The translations under genes and the position numbers were made by a program. Of a DNA stretch of 12,535 bases, positions 7,939 through 12,535 are shown one piece after another. Origin of the DNA: Octopus sinensis (Eukaryota); the NCBI RefSeq assembly GCF_006345805.1, contig NW_021826593.1, positions 1 to 12,535 on the forward strand, written 5' to 3'. Within the stretch, counting starts at the first letter, position 1. Each line of letters starts with the position of its first letter. The notes beneath the pieces were generated by a model. The model made no database searches and was not told where the DNA came from. It saw only the letters and a program-made list of their open reading frames with translations.

Positions 7939-8122
7939 TATTTCTTTATTGCCCACAAGGGGCTAAACACAGAGGGGACAAACAAGGACAGACAACGGGT
8001 TTAAGTCGATTACATCGACCCCAGTGCGTAACTGGTACTTAATTTATCGAACCCGAAAGGATGAAAGGCAAAGTCGACCTCGGCGGAATTTGAACTCAGA
8101 AAATAAAGACAGACGAAATACC
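7939..8122 (-). mobile_element. tRNA-derived SINE family B, 5'-truncated unit of a head-to-tail dimer
   Basis: Near-identical to 8123-8305. The B box GAGTTCAAATTCC is intact on the minus strand; the A box region is missing. Confidence 0.92.
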
Positions 8123-8355
8123 TATTTCTTTACTACCCACAGGGGGCTAAACACAGAGAGGACAAGCAAGGACAGACAAACGGGTTAAGTCGATTACATC
8201 GACCCCAGTGCGTAACTGGTATTTATTTAATCGACCCCGAAAGGATGAAAGGCAAAGTCGACCTCGGCGGAATTAGAACTCAGAACGTAGCTGCAGACGA
8301 AATGCCGCTAACCATTTCACCCGGCGTGCTAACATTTCTGCCAGCTCGCCGCCTT
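8123..8355 (-). mobile_element. tRNA-derived SINE family B, full length
   Basis: The minus strand starts AAGGCGGCGAGCTGGCAGAAATGTTAGC (A-box-like), has a B-box-like GAGTTCTAATTCC, then a central CTTTGCCTTTCATCCTTTCGGGGTCGAT block (resembles the Meta-SINE central domain, from memory) and ends ...AAAGAAATA. Confidence 0.92.
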
Positions 8356-8944
8356 AAGTCTATTCTACGTTCATATTTTACAGCCATAATTTATCCTTCA
8401 AAAACAAAACTATGACAATATATTTGTGTACAATTAGAAAGGAAACAAGGCTGAATTAAACGTAACGTGGGTCCTAGAACAGTAGGTAAATTGCGAATAC
8501 ATATATACAAAGCCAGAAAATATTAGAAATCGAACACTTAAAAATGAAAAACGAACTTCAAAAACATCAATAATGAACAGAAACAATGGAATTAAAACAA
8601 AACAATGATAATGTAGACTACAAAGAATAAGCTTAACACGGAAAATAAGGTAAATAACAAAACAAAATTCTGCAACAGCTATGGAATACTGATCGACAAA
8701 AACCAAACCAGAACAACACAAGCTAAAATATGAATTAAAAATAGTAAATTTGGAAAATATAAGAATAAAACTACCGAGAGGTGGAAATTTTTTGCAGAAT
8801 TAAGATCAATAGATTTTTGAGTATCTGGGAAGGATAATTTTGAAGATTAAAATAGCAAAGTCTCTGGAAAAGTGAGAAAGTAGCCATCGTATGCTTAAGA
8901 AGAATTGAAACGGCCATCAATGTCCACCAGGTTAAAGGAAATTA

Positions 8945-8975
8945 TACAGGGTGTTCAAAAAGTCTCTCTGCAGTG
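8945..8975 (+). mobile_element. Possible solo Tc1/mariner terminal inverted repeat
   Basis: TA-CAGGGTGTTCAAAAAGTC resembles mariner/Tc1 ends. No partner end was found in the window. Confidence 0.35.
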
Positions 8976-9007
8976 AAGTTTTGTCATCCAAGATGTCTTT
9001 CAAAACA

Positions 9008-9144
9008 TACTCTTACTCTTTTTACTCTTTTACTTGTTTCAGTCATCTGACTGTGGCCATGCTGGAGCACCGCCTTTAGTCGAGCAAATCGACCCCAGGA
9101 CTTATTCTTTGTAAGCCTGGTACTTATTCTACCGGTCTCTTTTG
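9008..9144 (-). mobile_element. SINE family A, 3' half (5'-truncated) with (GAGTAAAA)-type tail
   Basis: The reverse complement matches ~11003-11140. Confidence 0.92.
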
Positions 9145-9191
9145 ACACCTGATGAAGGCTGGAGGGTACATCAACCGAAATGCTGTGTTAA
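9142..9191 (+). ncRNA. Minimal type I hammerhead ribozyme motif of the Penelope-like-element kind, mutated (probably inactive copy)
   Basis: Stem I TTGACAC (9142-9148) pairs with GTGTTAA (9185-9191). Core CTGATGA is at 9149-9155, followed by an extra A. Stem II is GGCTG (9157-9161) with CAACC (9172-9176; one mismatch). GAAA is at 9177-9180. TGCT occupies the position of the minimal palindromic stem III/cleavage site (CGTT would be expected). Confidence 0.65.
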
Positions 9192-9250
9192 CAACAAACA
9201 AGATAAGGACGAATATCCATCAAATGTAAATAATGTAAATAATGTAAATA
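9145..9250 (+). mobile_element. Penelope-like element terminal (pLTR-like) remnant with (AATGTAAAT)3 tail
   Basis: The CTGATGAAG...CCGAAA hammerhead signature is followed by an A-rich segment and a 9-bp tandem tail at 9223-9249. No RT or GIY-YIG coding sequence was seen. Confidence 0.55.
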
Positions 9251-9712
9251 ATTACTAAAACGTTTATGTATTTGCTTTTCAAAGTTCCTGACGTTAAATC
9301 AGTGTTGAAACATATATTATTATGCTTCGGGATGATCATACTTTTTTTTTCCAAATAGACACATGCATTCTATATTCGTTGTTATTCATTTATCGTTCTT
9401 ATTTCATGACCTTTGTTTGGAAATCTTTCGTCACACACTCTGTGACCTCTTCTACAACTCCACATACCACGCGTCTCCTCCTGTTCTGTTTTGTCCATTC
9501 TAAAACAGAGTTGGAAAAAGATGAGAAAAATATTACAGAAAAACCTTCAAATAGTAGTAGAAATCAATGAACGACTGGGACGAGACCCTCGCTAAATCTC
9601 AAAGAATCTGACGGCATGGAAAACTCCTAGGAATTTTTTAAACAAAACCAATTGTTCGAGCCTAGTTCGGAATGGTTTTATCAAGTATGACTTTCCTTAG
9701 ATTTTTGAGGGT

Positions 9713-10415
<703 letters not shown>

Positions 10416-10693
10416 GTCAGGCGTTGGTCTGCATGGGCAAGACTTGTATTATTTAGTAAGAACAATGAAAAGAGAATAGTGAATTTGCTTTTGGGGTGGG
10501 GTTAAAAAACTTAATATTTTCGACAGAGATCTTCTCCAAGGATAAGTTGGAAGAAAAGAAATTAATATGAAGAATTTCTAACTGGAGATACCTTACATGT
10601 TTCCTCCTACATGTATAATTCTGTAGCACCTATAACCAAATGAAACACATGTAATGGTGAACAAATAATACCAAAAATTTTCCAATTTCCTGT

Positions 10694-10853
10694 AGGAGTG
10701 GCTGTGTGGTAAGTAGCTTACTTACGAACCACATGGTTCCGGGTTCAAGTCCCACTGCGTGGCACCTTGGACAAGTGTCTTCTACTATAGCCTCGGGCCG
10801 ACCAAAGCCTTGGAGTGGATTTGGTAGATGGAAACTGAAAGAAGCCCATCGTA

Positions 10854-10904
<51 letters not shown>

Positions 10905-11140
10905 ATCTGTATATGTTTGTGTGTCTATGTTTGTCCCCCCCCCCCCAACATCGCTTGACAACCGATGCTGGTGTTTTTACGTCCCCGTAACTTAGCGGTT
11001 CGGCAAAAGAGACCGATAGAATAAGTACTAGGCATACAAAGAATAAGTCGTGGGGTCGAATTGGTCGACTAAAGGTGGTGCTCCAGCATGACCACAGTCA
11101 AATGACTGAAACAAGTAAAAGAGTGAAAGAGTAAAGAGTA
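10694..11140 (+). mobile_element. Full-length tRNA-derived SINE family A (octopus OK/OR-like) with internal (TA)n(TG)n
   Basis: A box TGGCTGTGTGG at 10699-10709 and B box GGTTCAAGTCC at 10742-10752. A CORE-like ggcaccttggacaagtg block follows. Microsatellite at ~10852-10925; tail gagtgaaagagtaaagagta. Homologous pieces lie at 6424-6597, 9008-9144 and 9713-10415. Confidence 0.93.
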
Positions 11141-11152
11141 TATTTGTATATT

Positions 11153-11216
11153 GGCAGGCTATGTAGTAAGAAGCTTCCTTCCCAACCACACTGTTCTGGG
11201 TTCGGTCCCACTGCGT
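11153..11216 (+). mobile_element. Isolated tRNA-like head of a SINE-A-related subfamily
   Basis: ggcaggctatgtagtaagaagcttccttcccaaccacactgttctgggttcggtcccactgcgtg aligns with 10695-10761. It continues directly into cgtacatgtgtgtg, suggesting the core was deleted up to the microsatellite slot. Confidence 0.75.
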
Positions 11217-11270
11217 GCGTACATGTGTGTGTGAGCGGTGTGAGAGGTTTTAGCTTACCAAAGAAATACA

Positions 11271-11503
11271 TATTTCTTTACTACCCACAAAGGGCTAAAC
11301 ACAGAGGGGACAAACAAGAACAGACAAACGGATTAAGTCGATTATATCGACCCCAGTGCGTAAGTGGTACTTATTTAATCGACCCCGAAAGGATGAAAGG
11401 CAAAGTCAACCTCGGCGGAATTTGAACTGAGAACGTAACGGCAGACGAATTACTGCTACGCATTTCGCCCGGCGTGCTAACGTTTCTGCCAGCTCGCCGC
11501 CTT
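11271..11503 (-). mobile_element. Full-length SINE family B with a perfect 17-bp target-site duplication
   Basis: Highly similar to 8123-8355, with B box GTTCAAATTCC (11417-11427, minus strand). TSD CTTACCAAAGAAATACA at 11254-11270 and 11505-11521. Confidence 0.95.
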
Positions 11504-12214
11504 TCTTACCAAAGAAATACAGCCAGATCTAAACGTATTTCACGTCGTTGCTTCGAAGCATAAGAACAATGCTTCATTCATCATACCTCTGCTTCATTCA
11601 TCGGCAAGTTTCTATTATCAGAAATGGAACAGATCTTACGCAAGAAATCCAGTTCGGTGTACAGTGACCTTATCGATATTGATCCATGGATAAATTATAT
11701 AACTCGGAAGGCATTCATTATATATATCGAGGTCTGTAGAGGAGACTTTAAAGAGGTTAACATTAATAAGGTTATCAACCTAATCAGAATTCTTGCTATT
11801 TGAACGGTTTAAAGGAATGCTGTCGTCAATTAGTAACACCTCTGCAGAAATTCTGGCATTATGTCGAAAGATGTATTCTCGATAATGCTTTTTCTCAAAG
11901 CATTATACAAATCTAAAGAAAAACTAAAAAGTCTCTTCACGGACAATTTAAGACGGTATTCCTTGTGACTTATATCGAATAATGCTATCAAAATTAACCG
12001 AATACCTCGGAAATTAGAACTCCATGTCTTTAAAATATATCAAGGATTTTTGTATTGACGGAGAGTGCTTAAACTAATTCTCTCTCTCGAGAGAGAGAGA
12101 GAATCTATCTACATAATGCATAGCCATAAAACTCTAAGGAACTGCTGATGACAATATGCCTGAACTTCAATAAGTCTTTGACCGACTAAATCATATATTT
12201 TGTGTGGTTTGCGT

Positions 12215-12217
<3 letters not shown>

Positions 12218-12253
<36 letters not shown>

Positions 12254-12303
12254 TACCCACACACATACATATATATATAGGTATATTATATATATATTAT
12301 ATA
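12218..12303. repeat. (AT)n/(CA)n microsatellite
   Basis: Read directly. Confidence 0.93.
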
Positions 12304-12535
12304 AATATGCCGTTCTCAAAAATAGCGTTCGTAATACTTTTTCTCGTTCGGCTTAACAGCCCTTCTTGTCTTGTTATTCTCCTTGTCCTTCTTTACTGCT
12401 TATATTTTGTGTACTGTCGTTACTGTCCTGCTTTTGTTACCATTTTTACCACCCTACCCCTCCGCAAAAAAGATCTCAATTTTTTTAATTTTGCTTTTCG
12501 CGGGAAGGAAAGTTTCTATCGAAGATGCGTATCGC

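Noticed and set aside
8360-8940. A-rich strand suggestive of decayed LINE or Penelope coding sequence
   Set aside because: Manual translation gave frequent stops and no RT, endonuclease or transposase motif.
6424-9144. Idea that the SINE-A 5' half (6424-6597) and 3' half (9008-9144) are one element split by a 2.4-kb insertion
   Set aside because: On the minus strand the 5' half should lie at the higher coordinate. The order is reversed, so they are independent copies.
10694-10765. tRNA gene
   Set aside because: The A and B boxes are present but the sequence continues into SINE body and recurs in other copies; it is a SINE head.
11624-12130. Protein-like reading-frame segments (MEQILRKKSSSVYSDLIDIDPW..., ...KLKSLFTDNLRRYSL...)
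   Set aside because: The longest is 59 codons, several stops intervene and no motif is recognisable. A BLASTx search would be needed to revive it.
12490-12502. E2F-like TTTTCGCGGGAA site
   Set aside because: It is a single short motif at the window edge with no supporting context.

Overview
This is a repeat-saturated, AT-rich animal window with no recognisable intact host protein-coding gene. The tRNA-derived SINE families and the very high microsatellite load look like an Octopus/coleoid cephalopod genome (inference from family recognition). Almost every ORF in the supplied track is a translation of a simple repeat. Positions 1-1.9 kb hold a same-strand train of four 5'-truncated R4/Dong-type (restriction-like endonuclease) non-LTR retrotransposon ends from three divergent lineages, sitting in (TAA)n-type microsatellite. 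Positions 2.3-5.7 kb are giant compound microsatellites surrounding a small promoter-like island. Positions 6-11.5 kb contain two tRNA-SINE families (about nine copies or fragments), a Helentron/HINE-like element and a Penelope-type remnant with a recognisable but mutated minimal hammerhead ribozyme at 9142-9191. A weaker second hammerhead-like core lies at about 6210-6250 on the minus strand.
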